A stretch of DNA of 64,000 nt from NCBI GenBank assembly GCA_024644045.1, contig JAHELT010000006.1, forward strand, positions 2,224 to 66,223. Direction: 5' to 3'. A model generated the notes under the pieces. It was not told where the DNA came from and made no database searches. It saw nothing but the letters and a program-made list of their open reading frames with translations. This document shows, piece after piece, positions 38,311 to 47,974 of this stretch. Every line of letters begins with the position of its first letter. The first letter of the stretch is position 1. A program made the translations under genes and the position numbers. The stretch is from Chromatiales bacterium (lineage in GTDB: Bacteria; Pseudomonadota; Gammaproteobacteria; JAHELT01).

Positions 38311-39783
38311 ATGCTGAACGGCCACGCAACGCAGACCAGACCGGAACGCACCTCCGTTCCCCCCAGGCGCTGGCTGATGCCCGCGATACTCGTTTCGCTG
38401 CTGCTTGCCATGGCCGCGTTCGCCGCCGCCAGCTACTGGGCACAGAGCGCTCCGCCAGCCGTGCTCGGCACACTCACGGTGCAGCGGCATAGTTTTGCGC
38501 TGCAGATCAACGAGCGTGGCACGGTCAGGCCCGCGCGCGTGATCCCGGTCAAATCCGAGATCTCGAGCAACCAGGCGAAGCTGGTGTGGATGCACGAAGA
38601 AGGACAGGCCGTAAAGCGCGGCGAGATCGTCGCGCGTTTCGACACCAAACCCTTCAACGATGCACTGGTGACGGCCGAGCTTGCGGTGACCGACGCGCGC
38701 ACGCGTCTGGCCGGGACCGAAAAGGCCATGCAGCTGCAACGCGAAGACAATGCCGCCAAGCTCGAGGCCGCCAACCGCAAGCTCGAAATCGCGTCGATCA
38801 AATCCCAGGACCTGCGCGAAGGCACCGGGGCACTGGAACGCCGCAAGCGCGTCGTGGGTATCGAGCAGGCGGAACGCAACCTGCGCATTGCGACCGCCGA
38901 GCTCGCCGACTTTGACGAATTGCTGGCCCAGGGCCACGTGAGCCAGCGCGAACGCGACAAGGTCGCGGATACGACGCAACAGGCGAGCGAAAGCCTTGCG
39001 CTGGCCCGCGCCGAGCTCGAGAACTTCGACCGCTACGAGCAACCGCGCCTTACGCGCGAAGCCGAATTGCTGGTTGACGCGGCGCAGACCGAAGTGGCGC
39101 GCGTGCGCCGCGTCGCGGGACTGGAGCTGAAACGCTGGGAAAACGAGCTGCTCAAGTACCGCCGCGATCTGCGGATTGCCGAAACGCAACTCGCCAAAGC
39201 CCGCAGGAACCTGGAGCACTGCGACGTGCGTGCGCCGCTCGCCGGGACACTGTTCCATGTCGAGTTGCCGCAGCAGCGCGACCGCCGTAAAGCTCAGACC
39301 GGCGATGCCATCTGGATCGGTCAGACGTTCATGGAAATACCCGACACCAGCGAGCTGAAGATAGACCTGCAGGTGCGTGAGGTGGACATTGCGCGCCTTG
39401 CCGTAGGCATGGCGGCGGAGGTGGAGTTCGATGCGCTCCCGGGGCAGCGTTTCACGGGCACGCTGCGCAACATCGGTTCGCTGGCCGAGCGCGCCGATGA
39501 CTCCGTGCAGCGCTACTACGCCGAGGTGCGCATTCACGATCCCTCGCCCGACCTTCGCGTCGGCATGTCGGCGAACATCCGCATCACCTACCGCACGCTC
39601 GACGACGTGCTCGCCGTGCCGGTCAGCGCAATCGAGTACCGCGACGGCCACGCCTGGGTGCAGCTCCAGGACGGTGAGCGAAGGGTTCCGACCCGGGTGA
39701 CCCTGGGCGCCGTCGGCACGCAACTCGTCGAGGTCGAGAGCGGATTGAGCGCGGGCGAGCGCATCTCGGTCCGCGCACAGTAG
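38311..39783 (+). CDS. HlyD/MacA-type periplasmic adaptor (membrane fusion protein)
   Basis: It has an N-terminal TM helix (AILVSLLLAMAAFAAASYW), a long coiled-coil centre and a C-terminal beta-barrel segment. Confidence 0.8.
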   Translation: MLNGHATQTRPERTSVPPRRWLMPAILVSLLLAMAAFAAASYWAQSAPPAVLGTLTVQRHSFALQINERGTVRPARVIPVKSEISSNQAKLVWMHEEGQAVKRGEIVARFDTKPFNDALVTAELAVTDARTRLAGTEKAMQLQREDNAAKLEAANRKLEIASIKSQDLREGTGALERRKRVVGIEQAERNLRIATAELADFDELLAQGHVSQRERDKVADTTQQASESLALARAELENFDRYEQPRLTREAELLVDAAQTEVARVRRVAGLELKRWENELLKYRRDLRIAETQLAKARRNLEHCDVRAPLAGTLFHVELPQQRDRRKAQTGDAIWIGQTFMEIPDTSELKIDLQVREVDIARLAVGMAAEVEFDALPGQRFTGTLRNIGSLAERADDSVQRYYAEVRIHDPSPDLRVGMSANIRITYRTLDDVLAVPVSAIEYRDGHAWVQLQDGERRVPTRVTLGAVGTQLVEVESGLSAGERISVRAQ

Positions 39784-40457
39784 TGTTGCTGCAGGGCGAC
39801 AATCTGCGCCGCGAGTTCACGTTCGCGGGAAAATCGATCACCGCGCTCGCCCCCACCTCGGTGGCGGTCGACGCCGGGGAGCTGCTGGCGCTGACCGGCC
39901 CGTCGGGGTCGGGTAAATCCACCCTGCTCAACCTGCTGAGCGGACTCGACCGCCCGACCGGCGGCGAGGTGCGTTTCGAAGATCAACCGTTGAGCGGATT
40001 CAGCGACGCGCGGGCCGCCGCGTTGCGTAACGCCGCGTTCGGCTTCATTTTTCAAACGCCGCACCTGCTGCCCTACAAGACCGTCGCCGAGAACGTCGCC
40101 CTGCCCTGCAGCTACGGCGGCCTGCACGGCAATGCGGCGATCAGCGAACGTGTCAGCGGGCTGCTCGAGTACGTCGGTCTTGCTTCTCACGCAACCCATT
40201 TTCCGCATATGCTGTCGTCGGGTGAGCTGCAGCGGGTGGTGTTCGCACGGGCGCTGATCAACCGGCCGCGGGTGCTGTTTGCCGACGAGCCCACCGGGTC
40301 GCTGGACGCCGACAACGCGCATCGGGTGCTGTCGCTGCTGCGCCAGGAATCGGTGGCCGGAAAGTGCGTCATCATGGCCACGCACGACGCAGAAGCCATG
40401 CGCTTCGCCACACGGCGCCTGAACCTCGACAAGTTCGCGTATGCCAAAACCGTTTGA
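39783..40457 (+). CDS. ABC transporter ATP-binding protein (MacB/LolD type)
   Basis: Walker A is GPSGSGKST, the signature is LSSGELQR and Walker B is LFADEPTGSLD. The GTG start abuts the adaptor stop codon. Confidence 0.9.
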   Translation: MLLQGDNLRREFTFAGKSITALAPTSVAVDAGELLALTGPSGSGKSTLLNLLSGLDRPTGGEVRFEDQPLSGFSDARAAALRNAAFGFIFQTPHLLPYKTVAENVALPCSYGGLHGNAAISERVSGLLEYVGLASHATHFPHMLSSGELQRVVFARALINRPRVLFADEPTGSLDADNAHRVLSLLRQESVAGKCVIMATHDAEAMRFATRRLNLDKFAYAKTV

Positions 40458-41682
40458 GATCCTGCTTGACAGTCGCGACGCCTGGTCCAGCCTGCGCCGG
40501 CGCCCGGTCCGCTCCTCGCTGAGCGCGCTGGGCATCGCCATCGGCGTAGTCGCTCTGATCGCCATGCTGTCGATCGGCGAAGGCGCCAAACAGGTCGCGC
40601 TGCAGCGTATCTCGAGCCTGGGCATCGACACGGTGCGGGTAGAAAGCGCACCGCCCCTGAACGCCTATGCAGGTATCGACGTCGCCAACCTGTCGCTGAG
40701 TCTGAGCGTTGCCGATGCCGAACGCATCAGCGCCTGGCTGGGGACTCGCGGCACGCTCGGGTATTTCGTGCGCAACGACGAGCAGCTGGTAGCCGCCGCC
40801 AGCCGGCGCGCGCTGGTCACAGTTGTCGGCGCTTCGGCCGACTGGCTTGCCGCAGAGGCGCTCGAGGCGGCCGCGGGGCGTCTGCTGCTGCCGAGCGACG
40901 ACGCGCGGCAACGCCGGGTTTGCGTGCTCGGCGCGCGTCTGGCCGTGACCCTGGCTGCAAGCATCGCTATGCCAGTGCGCGCGGGCAATCAATTGTGCAG
41001 CGTCGTCGGCGTGCTGCGCCCCAAGGGCCGCCTGCTCACCGAGGGCACCGGACTCTCGGCGCTGGACTTTGACAACGCGTTGATCGCGCCCTTCAGGACC
41101 GCACCGATTCCACGCCGCGGCGCCAGGGACCGTGTCGACGGCATGCTGGTGCGCCTGCGTAGCGACGCGTCGGCGCAGGTGCCCGGCGTGGCGGAGAATC
41201 TCACCGTGATCCTCGGCGATGCACGCCGCGACGTGACCAACTACCGCGTGGTGGTGCCCTACGCGCTGTTGAACGAGGCCCGCGATACGCAGATCCTGTT
41301 CCAGCTCGTCATGGGCGCGATCGCGGGCCTGTCGCTGCTGGTCGGGGGGATCGGCGTGATGAACGTGATGCTGTCCAACGTCGCCGAACAAACGCGTGAG
41401 ATCGGATTGCGGATGGCGGTCGGCGCGACGCGCGCGCGGATCATCAGTCTGTACCTGTGTCACGCCTCGCTGCTGTGCCTCGCCGGCGGCGTGGTCGGGC
41501 TGGGGCTCGGCGTCGCCGCCGCCCTGCTGGTGCAGGTGTACGCCGGCTGGGCGGTGGCTTTCTCCGCGCTCGGGTTGAGCCTCGGACCGCTGTCGGCGGT
41601 GATCGCCGGGCTGGTGTTCGGCCTGCATCCGGCGCTGCGTGCCGCGGCGCTGAATCCGGCCCTGGCGCTGCGTGAGAGCTGA
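40441..41682 (+). CDS. ABC transporter permease, MacB/FtsX family
   Basis: It has an N-terminal TM helix, a periplasmic domain and then an FtsX-type 3-TM bundle containing REIGLRMAVGATRARI. It overlaps the ATPase gene by 17 nt. Confidence 0.85.
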   Translation: MPKPFEILLDSRDAWSSLRRRPVRSSLSALGIAIGVVALIAMLSIGEGAKQVALQRISSLGIDTVRVESAPPLNAYAGIDVANLSLSLSVADAERISAWLGTRGTLGYFVRNDEQLVAAASRRALVTVVGASADWLAAEALEAAAGRLLLPSDDARQRRVCVLGARLAVTLAASIAMPVRAGNQLCSVVGVLRPKGRLLTEGTGLSALDFDNALIAPFRTAPIPRRGARDRVDGMLVRLRSDASAQVPGVAENLTVILGDARRDVTNYRVVVPYALLNEARDTQILFQLVMGAIAGLSLLVGGIGVMNVMLSNVAEQTREIGLRMAVGATRARIISLYLCHASLLCLAGGVVGLGLGVAAALLVQVYAGWAVAFSALGLSLGPLSAVIAGLVFGLHPALRAAALNPALALRES

Positions 41683-41754
41683 GCATGCGCGGCTGCTCAC
41701 TCGCGACCCGTCAATCGACCAGGGTGCCTAGCTTCCGGTTCAGACGCTGAGACC

Positions 41755-42960
41755 ATGACACGCGACGGCATCCGCTTTCTGTTTCTGAACCTGGGCCACT
41801 TCCTGGATCATTTCTTCGTGTTGATATTTGCGAGCGTGGCCGCGCTGCGCCTGAGCGGTGAATGGGACATGAGCTATGCGCAGCTGATCCCGTACGCGAC
41901 ACCCGGATTCGTGGCGTTCGGCATTTGCGCGATCCCGGCGGGCTGGCTGGCTGACCGGTGGAGCCGGGAGGGCATGCTGAGCATTTTCTTTGTGGGCGTC
42001 GGGACCTGCGCGATGCTCAGCGCGATGGCCGAGACGCCGCTGCAGATCGGGGTTGGCCTCACGCTGATCGGCGTTTTCGCAGCGATCTATCATCCGGTCG
42101 GACTGGCGATGGTCGTGCACAACCGGGAGAAGACCGGATTACCCGTCGCGGTCAACGGCGTCTTCGGTAACCTCGGCGTGGCCAGCGCGGCCCTGTGCAC
42201 CGGGTTTCTGATCGATCATTACGGTTGGCGAAGCGCCTTCGCCGTGCCCGGCGCGATCGCCGTCGCGATCGGACTGGCCTACGTGGTGTTCACGTACCGC
42301 ACGCCGCGTCTTCGGGTCGACGCCGGTCACGCCGCGGCTCCCGCGCCGCTGGCCGCCACAGGGCGGCGCACGCTCCTGCGCGTGTTCGTGGTCATTTTCT
42401 TGACCACCGCCCTGGGTGGCCTGATCTTCCAGAGCACGACGTTCGCCCTTCCCAAGATTTTCGACGAGCGCCTCGGCACGCTGGCCGGCACGGCCACGCT
42501 GGTGGGCTGGTATGCGTTCTGGGTGTTTGCGTCAGCGGCCTTCGCGCAGCTGCTGGTCGGCTACCTGATAGACCGTTTCTCGCTGCGTACGGTGTTCGCG
42601 GGCATAGCGCTGCTGCAGGCGATCTTCCTCGGCGTGATGCTGAACAGTCACGGCGCAGCGGCGTTGATCGTCGCCATCGCTTTCATGTTGATGGTGTTCG
42701 GACAGATCCCGATCAATGACGTGCTGGTCGGCCGGGTCACGCGCAGCGGCTGGCGAGCCCGCGCGTACGCGCTGCGTTCGCTGGTAACCTTCTCGGTAAT
42801 GGCCTCGGCCGTCCCGATGATTGCCTGGCTGCACGCCGGCTGGGGATTCAACGCGCTGTTTGCGGTGCTCACCGCGGCCGCGCTATGTATCTTTGTCGCA
42901 GTACTCGCGCTGCCCGCCGGCGCCGCGTTCATTCAACGCACACAGTCCTCAGCGGCCTGA
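41755..42960 (+). CDS. MFS transporter
   Basis: 401 aa with about 12 hydrophobic helices and the MFS-like loop WLADRWSREG. Confidence 0.85.
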   Translation: MTRDGIRFLFLNLGHFLDHFFVLIFASVAALRLSGEWDMSYAQLIPYATPGFVAFGICAIPAGWLADRWSREGMLSIFFVGVGTCAMLSAMAETPLQIGVGLTLIGVFAAIYHPVGLAMVVHNREKTGLPVAVNGVFGNLGVASAALCTGFLIDHYGWRSAFAVPGAIAVAIGLAYVVFTYRTPRLRVDAGHAAAPAPLAATGRRTLLRVFVVIFLTTALGGLIFQSTTFALPKIFDERLGTLAGTATLVGWYAFWVFASAAFAQLLVGYLIDRFSLRTVFAGIALLQAIFLGVMLNSHGAAALIVAIAFMLMVFGQIPINDVLVGRVTRSGWRARAYALRSLVTFSVMASAVPMIAWLHAGWGFNALFAVLTAAALCIFVAVLALPAGAAFIQRTQSSAA

Positions 42961-43114
42961 TGGAAGTCGACTGAAATCCGCATCGCACGTGCGGACAATC
43001 GGGCCGACACAACCCCCGGCGCAATCGATGCCGGTGCAAAACGACAGCTGGCTGGTCTGACCGCGATCACGCAAACCCGATTCCCGCAGTTGCATGCCCC
43101 GGAGCAGCCGGGTA

Positions 43115-43933
43115 TCACTCGTCTTCCACCAAGCGCTGCAGCGCGAGCGGCAGGATGCGCGCCAGGCGCTCGGCCCACTGTGCCTGTCCCTGCGCGTCTT
43201 CGATCAGGTCCTGGCGAATCTCCAGCTCCACATGCAGGTAGCCGCGCGCCTGACCGTGCACCGGCACCGCGTAGTCCCGCCGCGAGTCCAGGCGGTACGG
43301 CCGGTTGTCGCCGACCAGGATATCACCGCCGCCGTGCGCGGCATCGTTCAAAACATCGAGCAACGCCGTGGCGTAGCGGGCATCGTGCTCGTACAGCACG
43401 CCGACGTGCCAGGGCCGGTGCTCGCCGTGAAACACCGGCGTACAGCTGTGCACTGACACCAGGACTGTCTTGCATTGCACCCGGTCACGCCCGTCCAGCG
43501 CTTCGCGAATGGCACTGTGGTACGGATGGTAGACCTCGTGCGTGCGGGCATCGACCTCCTCGCGCGTGACGCTGAGATTGCCGGGCACCCGCGTGGCCTC
43601 GGACAGCGCGGTGATGAAATCGTCGGCGTGCGTCGCGCGATTGCAGTCGACCACCAGGCGCGAATAGCGCTGCAGGAAAAGACAGGCATCGAGCGCCTCG
43701 GCGAGGCGGGTGGCGACCGCCGCGGCGCCGATGTCCCAGGCAATGTGCCGCTGCAGCTCGTTCTCCGCCAGGCCCAGCGACCCGAGCCGGCGCGGAAGCA
43801 GGCGCCCGGCGTGCTCGCAGGTGAGGACGAATACCGACCGGCCCTGCGGGCGCAGCACCTCCACCGGATGCGGATCGTCTGCGCTCAGTAACGGCTCGCC
43901 GGGGACGAAGCCCGCTGCCCGGTTGCCGCTCAT
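43115..43933 (-). CDS. N-formylglutamate amidohydrolase family protein
   Basis: It has VFVLTCEHAG, RYSRLVVDCNR and SVHSCTP. ATG 43933 overlaps the upstream stop codon (ATGA). Confidence 0.8.
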   Translation of the reverse strand: MSGNRAAGFVPGEPLLSADDPHPVEVLRPQGRSVFVLTCEHAGRLLPRRLGSLGLAENELQRHIAWDIGAAAVATRLAEALDACLFLQRYSRLVVDCNRATHADDFITALSEATRVPGNLSVTREEVDARTHEVYHPYHSAIREALDGRDRVQCKTVLVSVHSCTPVFHGEHRPWHVGVLYEHDARYATALLDVLNDAAHGGGDILVGDNRPYRLDSRRDYAVPVHGQARGYLHVELEIRQDLIEDAQGQAQWAERLARILPLALQRLVEDE

Positions 43934-44880
43934 GCCGATTCGGGCAATGCAACGTCGCGCAGAGCGCGAATGTGCTCGGGGCCGATACCGCAGCACCCGC
44001 CCACGATCTGCGCGCCGTCGCGAATCCAGCCCTGCGCCGCGCGCGCATAATCGTGCGGCGGTATCTGGTCGACAAACGCCCAGCTCGGACGTTCCCAGTA
44101 TCCCGCGTTGGGGTACACCCCGACCGGGCCGTCATAATGCTCGCGCATAGCGCGTACCGCGGCACCCGCCACGTTCAGATCGGAGTGCATCATCAGCAGC
44201 GCGGAACCGCCGAGCGCCGTCGCCTGGCGCACGATGTCGGCGAACGGCACGAAGCGGCGTTGCGTGCAGCTGTGCTGCTGGCTCTCTTCCACGCCATGCA
44301 GCAGCGCACCGCTCTCGCGATCCTGCAGACAGCTCACTGCAATCCACACGGGCACGCTCAGGCCGGAAATATCGCGAACCGCCGCGAGCACCAGCTCGGG
44401 TTGCGAGGCCAGGGTCTCCAGCAGGATGAGATCGACCCCGCTCTCTACCAGGATCCTTGCCTGCCGGGCGATGCCCGGCGCAACCTCGCGCGGATCGAGA
44501 TTGCGCCAGGTGCCAAACGTCGACACCGACCCCGCGATCCAGACAGGCCGCCCGTCGGCGAACTGCTCGCGCGCGGCCAGCGCGAGCTCCGCCGAACGCC
44601 GGTTCCACGGCACCGTCTTGTGCTGCATCCCGACATGCGCCAGGGTGTGCGGCGGTACCGCGTAGCTGTTTGTGGTGATGACGTCGGCCCCCGCCTCGAT
44701 GTAGCTCCGGTGGACGTCAATGATCAGCTGCGGGTGCGTCTCCAGCGTCTCGCCGCACCAGAGGTCGCTGTGCATGGGCGCGCCGCGCCGTTCCAGCTCG
44801 GTGCCGACGGCGCCGTCCAGCACGACCAGTTCGCCGTTGCGGAGCCGCTGCTCCAGACGCGCGACACTCAAGCGCGCCAT
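43930..44880 (-). CDS. homocysteine S-methyltransferase family protein
   Basis: It has VVLDGAVGTELERRG and ITTNSY, plus the zinc-ligand region GGCCGIGPEHI at the C-terminus. Confidence 0.85.
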   Translation of the reverse strand: MARLSVARLEQRLRNGELVVLDGAVGTELERRGAPMHSDLWCGETLETHPQLIIDVHRSYIEAGADVITTNSYAVPPHTLAHVGMQHKTVPWNRRSAELALAAREQFADGRPVWIAGSVSTFGTWRNLDPREVAPGIARQARILVESGVDLILLETLASQPELVLAAVRDISGLSVPVWIAVSCLQDRESGALLHGVEESQQHSCTQRRFVPFADIVRQATALGGSALLMMHSDLNVAGAAVRAMREHYDGPVGVYPNAGYWERPSWAFVDQIPPHDYARAAQGWIRDGAQIVGGCCGIGPEHIRALRDVALPESA

Positions 44881-45248
44881 CCCGGGTCATCGAAGCGCTG
44901 GATTTCGATCAGGTAACCGTTGGGATCGCGCAGAAAGCAGTGGTAGATGTTGTATCGGGGATTGTACGCGGGCGGTTGCTCGAAAACGGCGCCGCGCGCG
45001 CTGAGCTGCTCGTACCAGGTGTCGACCGTGTCACTGACCAGCGTGAGTATCACCCCGTCCGGGCGCGGCGCATCCTGACGTGCGCAGAACCCCAGATGCG
45101 CCGTGGGCGCGACCCGGTAGATGCGGCAGGTGCCCTGGTCCAGCGACAGCGCCAGACCGAGCACGCGCTCATAAAACTGCGCTGTGGCCTCGAGGTCCCG
45201 GCTGTAGCAAAACGTGACTTGGGAATCGAACGGCGCGCCCACGCTCAC
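44868..45248 (-). CDS. VOC (glyoxalase/bleomycin-resistance/dioxygenase) family protein
   Basis: 126 aa with a two-module beta-alpha-beta-beta-beta pattern (FYERVLGL...; FLRDPNGYLIEI). The GTG start overlaps the SDR stop (GTGA). Confidence 0.8.
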   Translation of the reverse strand: MSVGAPFDSQVTFCYSRDLEATAQFYERVLGLALSLDQGTCRIYRVAPTAHLGFCARQDAPRPDGVILTLVSDTVDTWYEQLSARGAVFEQPPAYNPRYNIYHCFLRDPNGYLIEIQRFDDPGWRA

Positions 45249-45907
45249 CAGGGCAGCAGCTCGCCGTTCGCATGCCGGAACTCGCCGGAGGTCTCCAGGG
45301 TCAGCGCGTCGATGCGCGCCAGCAGTCCGGCCGCCGCGTCCGCCGGCTGCACGCTCCCGGAACGCCCGGTCATCTCGGTTGCCACGTAGCCGGGGTGCAG
45401 CAGAATCACGGCCACACCGCGGGCCCGCAGATCATGCGCCAGCGACACGCCGGCGATGTTCAATGCAGCCTTGGACATACGGTAGCCGTACATGCCACCC
45501 GAGGTGTTGTCGGTGATCGACCCCATGCGGCTGGTCACGAGCGCGACCTTCGCGGTGCCGCTGAGCAGCGGCGCCAGCGCCGCGGTCACGCGCAGCGGGC
45601 CGAGGGCGTTCACCTCGAACTGCTCACGGATGGAGGCGAAGTCCGGTGCGGGCAACGACTCCCGCCGCAATACGCCGGCGTTGTTGACAAGTAGATCGAT
45701 GGAGCGGCCCGACAGGCGCTCTGCCAGTGTCGCCACGGACGTCTCGTCGCTCACGTCCACGCCGCTCTCTACCTGCACGCCCAGGGCATCCAGCTCGCTC
45801 GAAGACCGGCGGCAGACGGCGATCACGTCATCGCCGCGGGCCTGGGTGTGGCGGCAGAGCTCGAGACCTATGCCCCGGTTGCCGCCGGTGATCAATGCAG
45901 TTGCCAT
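45245..45907 (-). CDS. short-chain dehydrogenase/reductase (SDR)
   Basis: It has TGGNRGIG, NNAG and the catalytic YRMSKAALN. ATG 45907 was chosen; the ORF track also allows TTG 45916. Confidence 0.85.
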   Translation of the reverse strand: MATALITGGNRGIGLELCRHTQARGDDVIAVCRRSSSELDALGVQVESGVDVSDETSVATLAERLSGRSIDLLVNNAGVLRRESLPAPDFASIREQFEVNALGPLRVTAALAPLLSGTAKVALVTSRMGSITDNTSGGMYGYRMSKAALNIAGVSLAHDLRARGVAVILLHPGYVATEMTGRSGSVQPADAAAGLLARIDALTLETSGEFRHANGELLPW

Positions 45908-45963
45908 GGCGCGCAAGTCTGAAACCTGCAGCGCGGCAGGTCAAATCGAATCCGCGCGGCGGG

Positions 45964-46932
45964 TCAGCCGTACAGGATCAGCAGCACGATTCCCGCGGCC
46001 ACCAGCACGATTCCCAGGGTTTCGCGCCAGTCGACGCGTTCGCGAAACACCAGCGTCGAGGCGATGAACGTGAACACCAGCTCGATCTGACCGAGCGCGC
46101 GCACGTAGGCCGCATTCTGCAGCGTGAATGCGGTGAACCAGCCGACTGAAGCCAGCACGCCCGCAACCCCCACCATGCCGGCCCAGCGCCACTCGCGCAC
46201 CACGCGCGACAGCTCGCCCGCTTCGCGCAAGCCCAGGTAAAGTCCCATCAGCAGGGTTTGCATGACCAGGCTCACCGCCAGCGCGTACCCGGCGGCCATT
46301 GCGACGCTGTCGTGCCCGAGCGACAGCGCGGCGCCGCGGAAGAACACCACCGAGCCGCCGAGAAAGGCAGCGCACGCCATGCCGATCAGCGTGGGCTTAT
46401 CCAGCAGCCCGGCGAACAGGGAGCGTATGCCGGTCCTGGTTTGCCCGATGGACAGCGCGATCACCCCGAGCGCGCTGACCGCGATGGCGCAAACCGCAAC
46501 GGCGGACAGACGGTCGCCGAGTATCACGGCACCAAGCAACGCAACCTGCACCACTTCGAGCTTGGAAAAGGTCGTGCCGACGGTGAAATTACGAAACGAG
46601 AACATCCACAGCAGAAACACCGTGAACAGAATCTGCGCCACACTCCCAAGCAGGCAGTAAACCAGGAAAGCCGCGTTGAGAACGGGCAGCGGGATGTCGC
46701 CCCATGCGTGCAGCCCGTACACATAGAGCAGCGCCCAGGGCAGCGCATAGGCGAATCGGACATAGGCAGCCCCGGCCGTCGACAGGCGGCCCTTGAGGTG
46801 GCGCTGCAGCGCAGAGCGCAGATTCTGAAAAAAAGCCGCCGCAACGGTAATGACGATCCAGGTTTCCAAGTGAATGTGGCGTCCTCGCGTGCGCACTTGC
46901 GCGTAAACCCGCCGCACGGCCGTTACCGGCAT
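45964..46932 (-). CDS. DMT superfamily (EamA-like) transporter
   Basis: It has about 10 hydrophobic helices in two similar halves. The start was set at ATG 46932 and is uncertain (the ORF track extends to 47070). Confidence 0.7.
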   Translation of the reverse strand: MPVTAVRRVYAQVRTRGRHIHLETWIVITVAAAFFQNLRSALQRHLKGRLSTAGAAYVRFAYALPWALLYVYGLHAWGDIPLPVLNAAFLVYCLLGSVAQILFTVFLLWMFSFRNFTVGTTFSKLEVVQVALLGAVILGDRLSAVAVCAIAVSALGVIALSIGQTRTGIRSLFAGLLDKPTLIGMACAAFLGGSVVFFRGAALSLGHDSVAMAAGYALAVSLVMQTLLMGLYLGLREAGELSRVVREWRWAGMVGVAGVLASVGWFTAFTLQNAAYVRALGQIELVFTFIASTLVFRERVDWRETLGIVLVAAGIVLLILYG

Positions 46933-47059
46933 AAGCAGGCGCTCGACGGAGCGCGCTAGCTTAACCGCGACCGTGGCGCGTAGAAACACCGGCACGCCGC
47001 CCGTTAATGACGGCGTGCCGGTGGGGGGCGTATCATCCACCGGAAAGCGGGGGAGACGG

Positions 47060-47974
47060 ATGTCACGCAACAGAGCAATCGATCCGGCGGATGCGAAACA
47101 GCAGATTCTCGCCTACTGCAAACGCAAAGGGGCCCTGGCGGCCGGCGTCGCCGACGTGGCGGTGCTCGACCGGGTCGCGCCGCCCGGGCACCGGCCGTCG
47201 GACCTGATGCCGAAAGTCAAATCGGTGATCTCGCTGGGCGTGGGCGGTCAGACCCGCGGGGCCTGGACGGTGCCGGCCAAAGCCATGGGCTATTTCGGAA
47301 GCACCGAGTCGCGCGCCTACACCATCGCGTACGGCTGCGCGTTTTTCATCGAGGGCCGCTTCGGGGTGCCGTCGATCTATTGCCCGCCGGACGTGGACAA
47401 CGCGTTCGGCACACGCGTTCCGCTGCAGAGCCTGAAACTCCACGCCGAGGTGGCAGGAATCGGCGCGCGCTCGCTGGCCGGTGACATTCTGCTGCACCCG
47501 GAGTTCGGTTACATGTACTTCGCCTCGGTGTTCACCGAACTCAAGCTGCCCCCCGACGCGCCGCTCGCGGAGAATCCGTGCCCGGCGCCGTCGTGCGTGA
47601 AAATGTACCGCAAGGTCGGGCGCACACCGTGCATGAAGTTCTGTCCGGTGCAGTGCTTGAGCGGTACCATCGACGAGCAGGGCAACCAGGTCGAGATGCA
47701 CTACGATATGGCCGCCTGCGCGGACCTGTCGGAGCAGTACGAGGCCCTGCCCATGATGCTCTCGCGCGCCGCACACGCCGATGATGCAGACGACGTGCTG
47801 TTGGATCCCGACAACAAGCTGTTCTGGTACAAGATGTCAGTCGGCTCGGGCGGCCTCCTTGCGCAATGCTTCGAGTGCATGCGCGTCTGTCCGATCGCCA
47901 CGCAGGCACCGCAGGCCGATCCGATCCTGCGTCTCGAGGCCGCCGAACGGCAGGCGGGCGACGAGCAGCCGTGA
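47060..47974 (+). CDS. 4Fe-4S cluster protein, epoxyqueuosine-reductase/reductive-dehalogenase-like
   Basis: ATG 47060 is preceded by GGGGGAGA. It has two Cys clusters (CMKFCPVQC and CFECMRVCP). The N-terminal two thirds resemble the QueG-type fold; this is a family-level guess only. Confidence 0.7.
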   Translation: MSRNRAIDPADAKQQILAYCKRKGALAAGVADVAVLDRVAPPGHRPSDLMPKVKSVISLGVGGQTRGAWTVPAKAMGYFGSTESRAYTIAYGCAFFIEGRFGVPSIYCPPDVDNAFGTRVPLQSLKLHAEVAGIGARSLAGDILLHPEFGYMYFASVFTELKLPPDAPLAENPCPAPSCVKMYRKVGRTPCMKFCPVQCLSGTIDEQGNQVEMHYDMAACADLSEQYEALPMMLSRAAHADDADDVLLDPDNKLFWYKMSVGSGGLLAQCFECMRVCPIATQAPQADPILRLEAAERQAGDEQP

